From positions 1-64,000 of IMG/VR virus record IMGVR_UViG_2639762957_000001: a stretch of 64,000 nucleotides of DNA. The stretch is one strand, 5' to 3'. This document shows, one piece after another, positions 49,177-59,779 of the stretch. The DNA is from a virus (lineage: Duplodnaviria; Caudoviricetes). Under the pieces are notes generated by a model. That model did not search any database, was not told the DNA's origin, and saw only the letters and a list, made by a program, of their open reading frames with translations. The number at the start of each line of letters is the position of its first letter. Position 1 is the stretch's first letter. Position numbers and translations under genes: made by a program.

Positions 49177-52100
49177 TTTTTATTCTCCTTTTTCTTTTCA
49201 TTAGCTTTCCGTTTGGCTTCTTGTTGCCGATCCTTCGCCGTTTTATAGCGCCGGTCGAAGATTACGGCGTTGGCCAGGGCGGCCAGGCTGCGGTCGGTGT
49301 CGAAAATACTGAAGCGCATGAGCGCCCAGAAGCCGTCGGTCAATGTGTCCGGCAATCCGACAAAGCGGTTCAAGGCGCGGTTTGCGGCACGGGCTACGTC
49401 GGTGGCGTCCTGGTTTTTGGATGCTGCTGCTTTCGAGGCTTTCATGAGTTCGTCTACAGCAGATACGGCCAGGACATTGCTGCTGTCGTAGTTCGGCAAT
49501 CCGAACATATGATTTCCAATGATTTCGGCCGCATCTCTGACGACGGGGATACCCTGAACAGTGTTGGTCATTAATTTGACGCCCATCTTTTTGAGCAATT
49601 TGTCCAGGTCATCCCCGGAAACGGCCGAGCGGTATAGCTGTTCAAATACGCTGTTCAGGACAATCCAGTACAGCATTGCGTTGAACATGGCCAGGCGATT
49701 GCCCGACTTCCACTTATAGCCCGCGTCGATGAGGGCATTCATGACGGTATTACAGTATGAGTAGAAGGGCGTAATCTGCGCGACGAGTCCATTTTTTCGT
49801 TGCAGTTCGGCCTGGTCTTTTACCATGCCGGAGCCAAGAACGTCGCGGACGGCCTGGTCTGCTTCAAAGAGTGCCTGGTCGCGCATCAGTTTTTCGTCCG
49901 TTTTCCCTGCGTCGATTTGCTGCCGGAGGGATTCGTCATACTGATATTTCCACAAGGCCAGACTGCACATGAGGTCGGTTTCGGTGATAAAGAAGTAGCC
50001 GTAGCGGTTGAGTGCGTCGCGAGCGATACGCGCCTTCTGCCCTGCCCGGCTGGTGTTTTTCGGCATAGTCAGGCGCATTTTCTGCTGCATGTCTTTATCT
50101 ATGGTGTTGATACGGTCCGCCATAAAAGGCGAATGTTCCATGACAAAGCGGCGATTTCGATTGTATGTCGGCGTTCCTTTATAAAATCCAATCCCAAAAT
50201 TCACCATGGCTTTTACTGTATTCCATACCCCAATGCGGTTCATCATCGGCAGGATATTCAAGCCATTCAAGACGGCTGTACTGGTTCGATAGGCCATAAC
50301 CGCAAAGGTCGTGTTACGACGCATGTTTTCCAGCATACGGGATATTTTATCGGTCTTCTGGACATCAGTCTTCCAGCAGTCTTTCGCCCACTGTTTAAGG
50401 GCCTCATAGGTCTTCATACCGTAGTTTTCCTGGACAGCCGCTTCCACGTTCGGATGTGATATTAATTTGTACACATCAGTGACAGCTTCGCGCATACAGA
50501 TATGGTGGATGGCTTCGTTGACCGCTGATGGCCATTCATCCAAGCTCTTATAAAGAATTTGGTTCTTGACTTGTTTTACTCGTTTCTTCGTACCGCCCAT
50601 ACCAATACCCATGGTCGAAGAGCCGGACAGCTTTGTCTTGACAATGTCATCCAGTTCCATTTCATTGGTCCGCGTCGTGAGCTGAGGGTCGTAGACAATC
50701 GGATAGTACCCGCCGCTCACTTTGCGGCCATTGATGGTATACGGTTTCGCCCGGACACGCCCCATGCCAGAGCCGTACAAGCGTTCCTGGACTTTATTCC
50801 GCTCTGGCCAGTATTGTTCCAGCTGGCCCCAGATTGCTTCCAAGAAGTCCAAGTCCTTATTGCTTAAAGCCCGCGAGAAAATATCCTCAATCGTGGCTTC
50901 ATTGGCCTTCTGTGCTTCGTTCTTGACGTGTCGGTTCGCTTCATCAAGGACGCGCTGCCGGCCTTCCTGGTTGCCCCAGTTCAAAGCCATGACGAGGAGC
51001 TGTTCTTTCGTGAACCGTTCGACGCTGCCGACAGCATACAGTTTCTGGCTGCGCATCTTCCGCCACTCCGTATTCGAGTACATATGATAGATCCGCGCAA
51101 ATTCCCGACATGCTTCCTGCTGCATAGTGAGTTCCCGTCGGCTGGCCCGGTCTATAGGCTTATAGATGAATTGCATCCAATCATCACCCATGTTCCGAAG
51201 CAGCGTTTCAATTTTTGTCAGCGATAGCAAAGCGTCGCTGAGCAGTTCTTTTCCCCGGTCTTTGCGGTTCTGGTCGTTCCGGTCTTGTTCGGCATCCCAG
51301 TTTTCCCGGTGTGGCAAAGACTTCGCCAGGCGGGCGGCGGCATCGGAAATGGCGATGACGCTGCCGTCTGTATCGGTAAGGGTATTGGCTTCGTAATCGC
51401 GGCGGGACACTTTATTGATAGCTCTAATGGCTTCGTTAATGTCCCGGAATTGGCCCATGGTTAAATCTTTATCGTATTGGATACGGTCCTTTCCATCGAC
51501 GATAGCACGAATCCAGGGAGCTACTAAGTCGTCCTGCTTCGGTGCCGTATTCTGGCCCGTCGCATAGTCCGGCGACAGGTCCCGATAAATATAGTCCCAG
51601 TTCAGCGGTACCTGGTTTCCTTTATCATCCAACGGTGGCCGGCCGTCTCGGTCAGTCATGCCGAGGTTATAGGCCAGGTGTTGGATGAAGTACCTTGCAT
51701 GAGGTCCCATGCGCACCGGATGGTCGGCACGGCCTAATTGTTTAAGTATCCCTTTGATACCATATATTTCCTGGCCGTTCATATCGAGGGACCCGCTTTC
51801 CCCTGCCATGGCCCGGCGGATATAATCGGCATTATCTTTGGCGGCCCTAGCCATAGCATAGAATTTCTGCGCGTTGGCTTTTTCCATGATAGCCTGTTCA
51901 AAGGAGCCGGCGCTCATGTACTGGTCCGCACGGTGACTGGCTGCTTTTGCTTTCATTTCGTAGTGCCGCCAGACGGTCGCGTCGTTTACTTTCATCGCAT
52001 CCAGTTCCTGCCGGGCCAGCCGCAGGGTTGCCGTATAGGTCCCCTGGACCATGTCGCGTGCCTGGTTGAGTCCGTGGATGACGTCGTTCAGCGAGTCTTT

Positions 52101-55100
52101 TAGTTCTTTGATAGTGTGGTCATTTTCGGCTTTTGTCGCCGCTGCTTTCTCATCCTTTTCGGCCAGGCGTTTCTTGAGGTCTTTAATCTGCTGGTTCTTC
52201 GTCAGGATACTGTCTTTCAGGGCGCCTTTTTGGGCTTCGTTCTTATCGTATTCGACGCCCAGGATTTTTCGCAGCTGTGCGGCAATTTCCGCATCCGTAC
52301 CAGAGACGCTGCCGACTTCCCGCAAAGCCTTTACACATTCGGCGATATAGCCGTTCATTTTGCGGCGCATGGCCGCCGTTTCCAGCTGATTCAAGGCCAT
52401 CTGGCCATTGGTCGAGGCCAGCATTTCGTCCGCTTCCGCGCGGATCATTTCCGGCGTCATGGCCATGTCTTCTTCGTAGGTCTTTCGGACGGAGTCGATG
52501 TAGGCGTCGGTCCGCTCTTCCATGGTGCCGCCGGCGTCTCTTAAAGCTTGCTTGAATTCGGCATCATTTTCATAGCCAAGTTTGGCCAGAATACCGGCGC
52601 GGGCTTCGGGCATGTTGTTGTAGATATTTTCGTACTGGTAAATGGGATTTTCCGCGCACAACTGTTTCTGGTAGCTGATACGCTCTTCTTCTAAGCCCTG
52701 CTGCCGTTCCAGTTCGTCACGCTGCCGGGCTTCTTCTTCGTATTGGGAAAGCAGTTTTTCCTTACATTCTTCTTTAATCTTTTCGGCCCACTTCTTTATC
52801 ATGGCCCCTTCGCTGCCGGAGAGATCCCCGGCAAAGCCTTTGCGGTTCCATGCATCGAGTTCGCGCAGCCGTGCCCAGGCTTCTATTTCATCGTCCGCCG
52901 CCAGCATCCGGTCCATGACGCGGCGCACGTCGTCAGACGGTTCTTTGCCGAGGTTGGTCAAGTCCCGGTAGATACTGATAAGCCACTTCTTGAACCGACG
53001 GAACGGTCCCTGTAATTCTTTGACCGGTGCTTTCCCTTCGGCGATGTAGCGTTCAAAGCCGCGGGCAAAGCGTTCCTGCATCCAGCGTTCCTCTGCTGCC
53101 TTCACTGCGACGGCATCGCCGCTCTTACGGGCACGGCGAATTTCTTTCGCATAGCCGGTAAACTCTTTTTCTAGCGCCGTCCCGGCATATTCCGCTTCCG
53201 CGCCTTTCTGGTAGCCTGCCCAGTTTCGGACGGTCTGTAAGTCATCCAAGAGCTGTTTTGGTGCGCCCTCCTGCGCGGCCATGGATTCCATTTCCGAGAG
53301 CCACAAATGAGCCGACTCGTGGATAAAAGTGGACTGATTGGCCGCGTCCAGCAAGTGCAGCATACCCGTATTGGCATCGTACGCACCGCGCAGAACGCCC
53401 TGGCGGTACGTCTTCTTTGGTGTAATGTACATGACCCCGCCGGTCTTGTTATCTCCAAAGTAAATTCCATAATTAGGTGTCCCGTCAGTGTTGATGTATG
53501 GATGATCTAAGTTATCGTTGACATGCTGCAAAAGATTTCTTATACTGATTGTAGAAGAATCAGTATTAAGTGTTGGCCGGTCCACTTCTCCTGTTTTGGG
53601 GTCGTTTCCGGATGTACCGCTTAATACTGGTTCTTTTTTTGTTGTTACGTCATATGCTCTAAGTTGGGTATATTCCCCTCCTTCTACCTTGTATTTGTTG
53701 GCTTCTTCCTTTACAATTACGCGAACGCCAAAAACATTATTATTTAATTTTACGGCTCCTACAACCCGATATGCTTTTTCTGCTTTTCCATGATAGTCCT
53801 GATGCTCTTCAACCCAAATTCCATTCGTTAAAACATCTGGAATCGCCGATATCATTTCATAGTGAGTCGTCGTCTGCCTATCTTTCCTTCTTTTTTCATC
53901 TCGTGCGTAATCTGATTTGAAATGTTTTATCGAACCCTTGGTAATGATAATCTTTTTGCCCGTGTTTTTGTTGATGTACGGAATATATTCCCCTTTTTTA
54001 TTTTTCTTGGAAACAATATCGTTTTCGACAGTACCAGGCAGTTTCCGACGCAGGTCCCGCCAGTTCATACCGGCATATTTTTCTTTGACAGTAATCACCG
54101 GCGTCGGCGCGTCGAGATTGACGGCAGTATTGGTAATCGGCTGTCCGAATTGGACTTCTTCCGTTTTTCCGCCAATGACGATAGGATGAGCGGCGGCGAA
54201 GTCTTTTGCCGTATAGGCCGTGTCGCCGTAGTCGCGGCGGATCTGCGCCCAGCGTTCAGCCATACGGGCATAAAGGAAGGCGTTTTCTTTGGCTGCCTGG
54301 GAGACGGCAGGGTTGCCCTGGGAGAAAGTTTTGAGGGCTGCCGTATAGACGGCTGCGCCGTCTTTGCTGAATGTCTTACGCAGGGCGTAGTCACTCTTAC
54401 TGAGTTCCTCGAATTTGTCGCCCATGGCTTTCAGCGTTTCATAGCGGGCTTTTGCTGCTTCGACGTTGGCATCCCACTGCGGCAGTAGTTCCGGAGAAGA
54501 AGCTGCCAGTTCGGCCCGTTCATTCTTATACGCTACGTCGAGCATCTGCTCTTTCGTCGCTTTTCCGCCGTATTCTTTATACATGTCACTGTACCAGGGT
54601 TCGTTGTTGCTCATACGATAGCCGCGGCCGGTCTGGACGTTGTCATGGTCGGCCGTGTCGGCAACGATGATAGAGACGCCCTGGGGTTTGTAGGTCCAGT
54701 AATATTTGAAGTTGACTGCGTCTTCGTACTGCTGCCGTGCTTCTTTTAGTGCTTCTTTATACGAGGCTTGCAGATCATAGGGATTCCGATAGACGACGTC
54801 CCGTGCGGCCGCCTGTTCGGCATCGTCGGCGTCGGCAAAATGGTCGGCCATAATCTCTTCGGAAATGGCATCGCTCTTGTTGTTTGCGATATCTTTCAAT
54901 TCCTGCGCCAGTTCGTCCATGCGCTTTTTACGTTCGCGCAGGGCTGCTAAATGTGTGCCGCCCTGGTTCATGGTCGACGCATCCATCAGGGTATCCGTGT
55001 CGAAGGATTCGTCGGCCAGTTGCGCAAAGACGCCCGTTTTGATTTCCAGGTCGGTCCCGTTTTGGATAGCGCTGTCGACGGCGCCCGGCGTGGCCATCCC

Positions 55101-56903
55101 CTTTTCGACGACGTCGTTCAGAACGTTGACGCCTTCCGGTGTACGGGCCAGTTCCTGTGCATCGACGTAAATCGTGCCCATATCGTGCTGGTCGGCCTGT
55201 GCCTGGACAACGTTTTGATAGGTCTGAGGGGACGCTTTCGCCAAATTGTTTTCGCTCTTATTGGCGACGAGGTCTTCAATCATCTGTTTTTCGACGCTGC
55301 GCCGGTACTCTTCCCGCCATGCGTCGACTTTCAGGCCGGCAATAGCGCGCATGGCATTATACTGTCCTACGGCATGGGCACCAGTTCCCAAAGCGCCCAT
55401 GCCCAGAGCGGCCGGCACGGCCTGGACCATGGCGTCGACGGCGTTGTTGAGGACGTCGCCCATGGTATTCCATTTGCCGCGGCCGTGAATTCCGTATTCG
55501 ATGTTTTCGGCCGTGTCGCCGATGACGGACTGGACCGCTTCTTCTGTCAGTTCCGACGCCGTGCCGCGGGCATACTGTTTCGCACCGGCGAGGGCTGCCA
55601 TCTTTGCCAGGGCTAATTTGCCCTGGTCGACAATTTCTTTTTGTGCCGCGGCGTTGCTTAAAATGCTTTTGGCCGCGTCTTTGCCAAAGGCCGCTTTAAT
55701 CGGGCCGTAGCCAAACTCCAGCAAGCCCAATTCGACGGCGCCGTTCAGTGCGCCGACGACGGTACTGTCGGCCAGCATATTGGCACGGCTATATAATGGC
55801 TGCCCGTTGGCGTCCTTCTGGCTGGCCATCTGCCAGTAACGGTCGGCCATGGACTGCTTACTGATTTCCTTGAACAGCCCCGTCCGCAGGCCCCAGGCGG
55901 CCCCAGTCGCGCCCGCTGCGGCGAGGATCCCCGCCGTCCCAATGCCGAGTGTTTCCGGTCCGGCGGCCGCTGCTGCCGGTGCTGCCGTGGCCATGGCAAG
56001 GGCCATGCCTTTTGGTACATATTCCAGCGCCCGCAGGCCCTGGGTACCGTAAATCGTCAGCTGCTGAATGGTATCATAGACAATTTTACCGAGGGCCGTT
56101 GTGGGCCGGTCTTCTTCCTGGTATTCTTTCAAACGCTGCGTGATTTCGTCGACTTCCGGTTTGACGGCTGCCATGTCTTCGCCATTAACGGCCCGCATCT
56201 GTGCGTCATAGAGCTTGACCATATCCGAGCCGGAGTTAAAGGCATCGCCGAAGAGTTCGGCCGCGCTGTCGAAGGCATCGCCAATGCGTTCAAAAATACT
56301 GCGTGTGTCGTTCAGGTCCCGATGATTCCGCAGCGCCAGGGCGGCGCCGACGGGGTTTTCCTGCCTGAATTTTGCTAACTCCGGATAGTATTCGTCGAGC
56401 TTTTGCGGGGACAGCCAGTTGTTGCCGGGAAGGATATCGTTGATGGTTAATAACGTGTCCCGTTCTTTAGCTTCTTTTAATAATTCCTGGTTGTCTATTA
56501 AAAACTGTGGTGTTACCCCTAATTTTTTACTCCATTCCTGCGCGTCTTCTAAGGTGGTTTCTTCCATCTTCATGTTTTGCCAAATGGTATTCAGGGTATT
56601 CCCTATTTCCGGCGCCGGCCCCGCAATATTGCTCGTTGGTACTTTAGGCGGTGCTGGATCCAAACCACCTGTTACGGTTGGCATCGTTAATAAATCAGGA
56701 TACCGTCGTAAATACGGGCGTCTAGAGGCTATTGCTTCCCCTATTTTTTCTTCGTTCTCTGCCCTTTCTTGGGCTTCTCTTTCGTGTCGTGCCTCCGTTT
56801 CTTCTGCCGACGGAGTAATCATTTCCTGCGTCTGTTCTTCGACGGGTTTAATTTTAAAGGCTTCGCTCAAGTCGCCTGACGTATCAAAGGTATAGTCTGC
56901 CAT
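49173..56903 (-). CDS. Giant internal virion/ejection protein, polyvalent type
   Basis: 2576 aa between internal virion genes and fibre; STFIHESAH metallopeptidase-like motif; low-GC internal domain. Confidence 0.8.
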   Translation of the reverse strand: MADYTFDTSGDLSEAFKIKPVEEQTQEMITPSAEETEARHEREAQERAENEEKIGEAIASRRPYLRRYPDLLTMPTVTGGLDPAPPKVPTSNIAGPAPEIGNTLNTIWQNMKMEETTLEDAQEWSKKLGVTPQFLIDNQELLKEAKERDTLLTINDILPGNNWLSPQKLDEYYPELAKFRQENPVGAALALRNHRDLNDTRSIFERIGDAFDSAAELFGDAFNSGSDMVKLYDAQMRAVNGEDMAAVKPEVDEITQRLKEYQEEDRPTTALGKIVYDTIQQLTIYGTQGLRALEYVPKGMALAMATAAPAAAAAGPETLGIGTAGILAAAGATGAAWGLRTGLFKEISKQSMADRYWQMASQKDANGQPLYSRANMLADSTVVGALNGAVELGLLEFGYGPIKAAFGKDAAKSILSNAAAQKEIVDQGKLALAKMAALAGAKQYARGTASELTEEAVQSVIGDTAENIEYGIHGRGKWNTMGDVLNNAVDAMVQAVPAALGMGALGTGAHAVGQYNAMRAIAGLKVDAWREEYRRSVEKQMIEDLVANKSENNLAKASPQTYQNVVQAQADQHDMGTIYVDAQELARTPEGVNVLNDVVEKGMATPGAVDSAIQNGTDLEIKTGVFAQLADESFDTDTLMDASTMNQGGTHLAALRERKKRMDELAQELKDIANNKSDAISEEIMADHFADADDAEQAAARDVVYRNPYDLQASYKEALKEARQQYEDAVNFKYYWTYKPQGVSIIVADTADHDNVQTGRGYRMSNNEPWYSDMYKEYGGKATKEQMLDVAYKNERAELAASSPELLPQWDANVEAAKARYETLKAMGDKFEELSKSDYALRKTFSKDGAAVYTAALKTFSQGNPAVSQAAKENAFLYARMAERWAQIRRDYGDTAYTAKDFAAAHPIVIGGKTEEVQFGQPITNTAVNLDAPTPVITVKEKYAGMNWRDLRRKLPGTVENDIVSKKNKKGEYIPYINKNTGKKIIITKGSIKHFKSDYARDEKRRKDRQTTTHYEMISAIPDVLTNGIWVEEHQDYHGKAEKAYRVVGAVKLNNNVFGVRVIVKEEANKYKVEGGEYTQLRAYDVTTKKEPVLSGTSGNDPKTGEVDRPTLNTDSSTISIRNLLQHVNDNLDHPYINTDGTPNYGIYFGDNKTGGVMYITPKKTYRQGVLRGAYDANTGMLHLLDAANQSTFIHESAHLWLSEMESMAAQEGAPKQLLDDLQTVRNWAGYQKGAEAEYAGTALEKEFTGYAKEIRRARKSGDAVAVKAAEERWMQERFARGFERYIAEGKAPVKELQGPFRRFKKWLISIYRDLTNLGKEPSDDVRRVMDRMLAADDEIEAWARLRELDAWNRKGFAGDLSGSEGAMIKKWAEKIKEECKEKLLSQYEEEARQRDELERQQGLEEERISYQKQLCAENPIYQYENIYNNMPEARAGILAKLGYENDAEFKQALRDAGGTMEERTDAYIDSVRKTYEEDMAMTPEMIRAEADEMLASTNGQMALNQLETAAMRRKMNGYIAECVKALREVGSVSGTDAEIAAQLRKILGVEYDKNEAQKGALKDSILTKNQQIKDLKKRLAEKDEKAAATKAENDHTIKELKDSLNDVIHGLNQARDMVQGTYTATLRLARQELDAMKVNDATVWRHYEMKAKAASHRADQYMSAGSFEQAIMEKANAQKFYAMARAAKDNADYIRRAMAGESGSLDMNGQEIYGIKGILKQLGRADHPVRMGPHARYFIQHLAYNLGMTDRDGRPPLDDKGNQVPLNWDYIYRDLSPDYATGQNTAPKQDDLVAPWIRAIVDGKDRIQYDKDLTMGQFRDINEAIRAINKVSRRDYEANTLTDTDGSVIAISDAAARLAKSLPHRENWDAEQDRNDQNRKDRGKELLSDALLSLTKIETLLRNMGDDWMQFIYKPIDRASRRELTMQQEACREFARIYHMYSNTEWRKMRSQKLYAVGSVERFTKEQLLVMALNWGNQEGRQRVLDEANRHVKNEAQKANEATIEDIFSRALSNKDLDFLEAIWGQLEQYWPERNKVQERLYGSGMGRVRAKPYTINGRKVSGGYYPIVYDPQLTTRTNEMELDDIVKTKLSGSSTMGIGMGGTKKRVKQVKNQILYKSLDEWPSAVNEAIHHICMREAVTDVYKLISHPNVEAAVQENYGMKTYEALKQWAKDCWKTDVQKTDKISRMLENMRRNTTFAVMAYRTSTAVLNGLNILPMMNRIGVWNTVKAMVNFGIGFYKGTPTYNRNRRFVMEHSPFMADRINTIDKDMQQKMRLTMPKNTSRAGQKARIARDALNRYGYFFITETDLMCSLALWKYQYDESLRQQIDAGKTDEKLMRDQALFEADQAVRDVLGSGMVKDQAELQRKNGLVAQITPFYSYCNTVMNALIDAGYKWKSGNRLAMFNAMLYWIVLNSVFEQLYRSAVSGDDLDKLLKKMGVKLMTNTVQGIPVVRDAAEIIGNHMFGLPNYDSSNVLAVSAVDELMKASKAAASKNQDATDVARAANRALNRFVGLPDTLTDGFWALMRFSIFDTDRSLAALANAVIFDRRYKTAKDRQQEAKRKANEKKKENKK

Positions 56904-56911
56904 GGTTCCTC

Positions 56912-59770
56912 CTATATGCCTAGAGTATTCCCCGGTTCAGCGGGGTCAATTTCATTGCCGTTTTCATCTGTCCCATTACCGTTTGCATAATCAATATTAT
57001 TTTCGACATGTTCTGTGACGCTTTCTTCGGCGGCCTCTGCTGCTTCGCTCACTTTTTCGCCGACTTCTCTTAACCCTTCTTCTGTGACCTCTCTTAAGGT
57101 ACGGTTGTCTTTGGACATATCGTATTCTTCCGGCTGATTATCCGGATCTCCTGCTCCTTCTCCTCTGGCTTCTGCTTCTTCTGCTGCTTCTACTACATCG
57201 CGCAGGTTTGCTGTTCCTTCCGCAATTTGTTTTGCATGCCATACGTCTATGTAATATACATTGTGATACCAGTCTTTAACTTCTACATAATCGTTTCCCA
57301 AATTTTCCATAGATATAATGCCGGCCGCACGCAACTGCGATTCTGAATAACCACAGTTTTTACTTGGATCCTGCATTACCGCTTCCACGCCAAATGAAAT
57401 CAACTGATTGTAAGACGGTTCTTCCCCATTATGTTCGGCCCTGTAATTTACTGCTTTTGCTCTGATTAACTGTTGCGTTACTGCCCAGTTTCCTTTGAGT
57501 GATTCTACAGTTATGGTGTTATCCATTGCGCTGGCAATGTTCCCCGGTGTGACATTATACAAAGGGTTAAATTCCCCTGTCCCATTCTGATAATCTTTTT
57601 CTGTCTTGTTTAAAGCCTGTAAATTACTTGGAGATAGATAAATACCATGGCTGGCGCAATAATTGACAATGTCATTGGCCGTCTCTATCCCATCATGTCC
57701 AAACATTGATTTTAAAACTACCATATCCGCGCCGCTAGACCCTACTCTACGGCTGCTCCCGCTTCTTCCGCGGCCTCCTCCATAACTTCCGCCATAGCCA
57801 CCTGCACCGCCTCCAGCACGTATATGAACATACGACGACATGTAGTTCTGCAAAGTTTTGTAAATATATGGGTCGTTCGAGCCGTATTTATCTACAATGG
57901 CCTGGTATTCTTGAGGATCTATTACGCCGCTTCTTTTCAGCTGCAACATTTCTCCATCTGCTTTTTCAATGATTGCGTCTTTTACCTCTCGTTCCTGCCG
58001 CTTCTGTTCAGCGACTAGAGACGTGGCCATGGATTCGGCTTTTTGCAGTTCTTGTTCGTCATAGATGACTTCTGTATGAGCCGTGACACCCTGGGACTTT
58101 TCTAAGCCGCCATGGTAGCCGCCTAAATGGAGATGGTAGCCGCTGCCGGCATCGTGGAAAAGGACCTGATCAAAGGCGCCGGAGTCTTCAAAGGCTTTGC
58201 GGACTTCTTCTGCTTTTTCGGCCGTCGTGCCGTCCGGCAGAACAATGTCCACAGCATCACCGCCGTTCGGCCCAATGATATGTTGACTTGTGGGTCTGCC
58301 GCCGACTTCTGCGTTATGTTCCCGTGTACGGCCGCCGCTGGAAATTTCTGCGCCGTCCGCGACGCCCATTTGATTGAGCATACCGCCGATAATCGGCAGA
58401 GCTTCCCGGAATTCCGGTTTCAGCTGCTGGACCTGTTCGTCGATGTTGGCTCCCTGCGTCGGCAGGTTGTACGGTTGAATTTTGCTGCCGCCGTTGCCGG
58501 ATAAATCCATGCCTTCCAGGGAGTCATAGTTCTTCTTGACGAGTGCTCTATAGTTTTCGGCCGCTTCACCGCTGCCGTTGTAAGCACGGACGCCTTCCCA
58601 TTCGTCGCCGCCGTTTTCTTCGATTTTCTTTTTGAGTACATACGCGCCGGCACGGATATTCTGTTTCGCGTCCGTATTCCAGCCAGGGAATTTATTATCC
58701 AGGTCGTAGGCCTGCGCCGTTTCGTCGGTAATCTGCGCGAAGCCCCCTCCGTCGGCCATGTGCATTCCTTCGATGGTATCGCCGCCGGTTTCTCTCATCC
58801 CGGTTGACAGATAAATTCGTGGGTCAATTCCCTGTTCGTGCGCTGCGTCGATGTACATATCGACGGTCGGGTTGCCCGTACTGGCACTGCCGCTATAAAC
58901 CGTTTTCGTTGCCCCTTGACGGATATATTCGGCCCGCTTCTTCGGGTCGTTCGGATAGAGACGGGCCGCTTCCTTCGCCCGTTCTATCAAGCCGTTGTCG
59001 TGCTTCCGCTGCAAGAGCATGTGACGCATGGACGCCAGTTTGCTGTCATCTACCCAGGGAGAGACTTTTTCTAAAAGCGCGGTTGCCTTGTCAAAGTCCG
59101 AGGCGTTGCCGCTGGCTGTTAAATTCGTGAGTACGGAGTTGACCATAGTCGTGGACTTATCTTTTATGAGGGCGTCCATTTTGTCTTTGCCGTAAATGTT
59201 GCCGTAGACGGCATAGGCCGTGGCAGCAATACGATTCAAGCCTTTGAAAATACCGTCGCTGTCGTTTGTTTCTACGAGATGGTCCGTTTCATTGGTCACG
59301 AAGGTGTTAAATGTATTGTCCCGGTGCTCCAGGTCTTTAGCGTACTGGTATTTCATGACCTGCCCGGCACGACTGACATTGACGTCGTTTGCCATCTTTA
59401 AAAACGTGTCCTGCGCTTTTCGATAGTTCGGCAGCCCGGCCATGGCGTCTTCTCGAATTTTCTTTTCGCCTTCCTGGTACTTATTGACGACGTCCAGGGC
59501 ATTGACGTCCTGCATATTCAATAAGCCTGTATCCGGATTGTTGAGCAAGTCGTTCATGCCCTGTTCGTATTTATTTTTCGCGTCGATGACACTCAAATTG
59601 ATCTGGTCGTCGACGTAGGCCTGCATCTGCTGCTGCACGGCCTGCAAGCCCGTCTGCCAGACTTTCTCCCCGGAGACGTTCGCGCCGTAGGCGTTCGCGT
59701 CTGACGGTGCCTGTACATTGCCGTGAATGGTGTTCGGGTCCACGGCACGGTTATAGCTTTTTATCTGCAT
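56912..59770 (-). CDS. Internal virion protein with lysozyme-like and peptidase M15-like domains
   Basis: RETG..GGFAQI..NIRAGAYVL..RAYNG; SGGRT..HN..VGG..SQH...AVDI...HLHLG. Confidence 0.75.
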   Translation of the reverse strand: MQIKSYNRAVDPNTIHGNVQAPSDANAYGANVSGEKVWQTGLQAVQQQMQAYVDDQINLSVIDAKNKYEQGMNDLLNNPDTGLLNMQDVNALDVVNKYQEGEKKIREDAMAGLPNYRKAQDTFLKMANDVNVSRAGQVMKYQYAKDLEHRDNTFNTFVTNETDHLVETNDSDGIFKGLNRIAATAYAVYGNIYGKDKMDALIKDKSTTMVNSVLTNLTASGNASDFDKATALLEKVSPWVDDSKLASMRHMLLQRKHDNGLIERAKEAARLYPNDPKKRAEYIRQGATKTVYSGSASTGNPTVDMYIDAAHEQGIDPRIYLSTGMRETGGDTIEGMHMADGGGFAQITDETAQAYDLDNKFPGWNTDAKQNIRAGAYVLKKKIEENGGDEWEGVRAYNGSGEAAENYRALVKKNYDSLEGMDLSGNGGSKIQPYNLPTQGANIDEQVQQLKPEFREALPIIGGMLNQMGVADGAEISSGGRTREHNAEVGGRPTSQHIIGPNGGDAVDIVLPDGTTAEKAEEVRKAFEDSGAFDQVLFHDAGSGYHLHLGGYHGGLEKSQGVTAHTEVIYDEQELQKAESMATSLVAEQKRQEREVKDAIIEKADGEMLQLKRSGVIDPQEYQAIVDKYGSNDPYIYKTLQNYMSSYVHIRAGGGAGGYGGSYGGGRGRSGSSRRVGSSGADMVVLKSMFGHDGIETANDIVNYCASHGIYLSPSNLQALNKTEKDYQNGTGEFNPLYNVTPGNIASAMDNTITVESLKGNWAVTQQLIRAKAVNYRAEHNGEEPSYNQLISFGVEAVMQDPSKNCGYSESQLRAAGIISMENLGNDYVEVKDWYHNVYYIDVWHAKQIAEGTANLRDVVEAAEEAEARGEGAGDPDNQPEEYDMSKDNRTLREVTEEGLREVGEKVSEAAEAAEESVTEHVENNIDYANGNGTDENGNEIDPAEPGNTLGI

Positions 59771-59779
59771 AGGGTCCTC

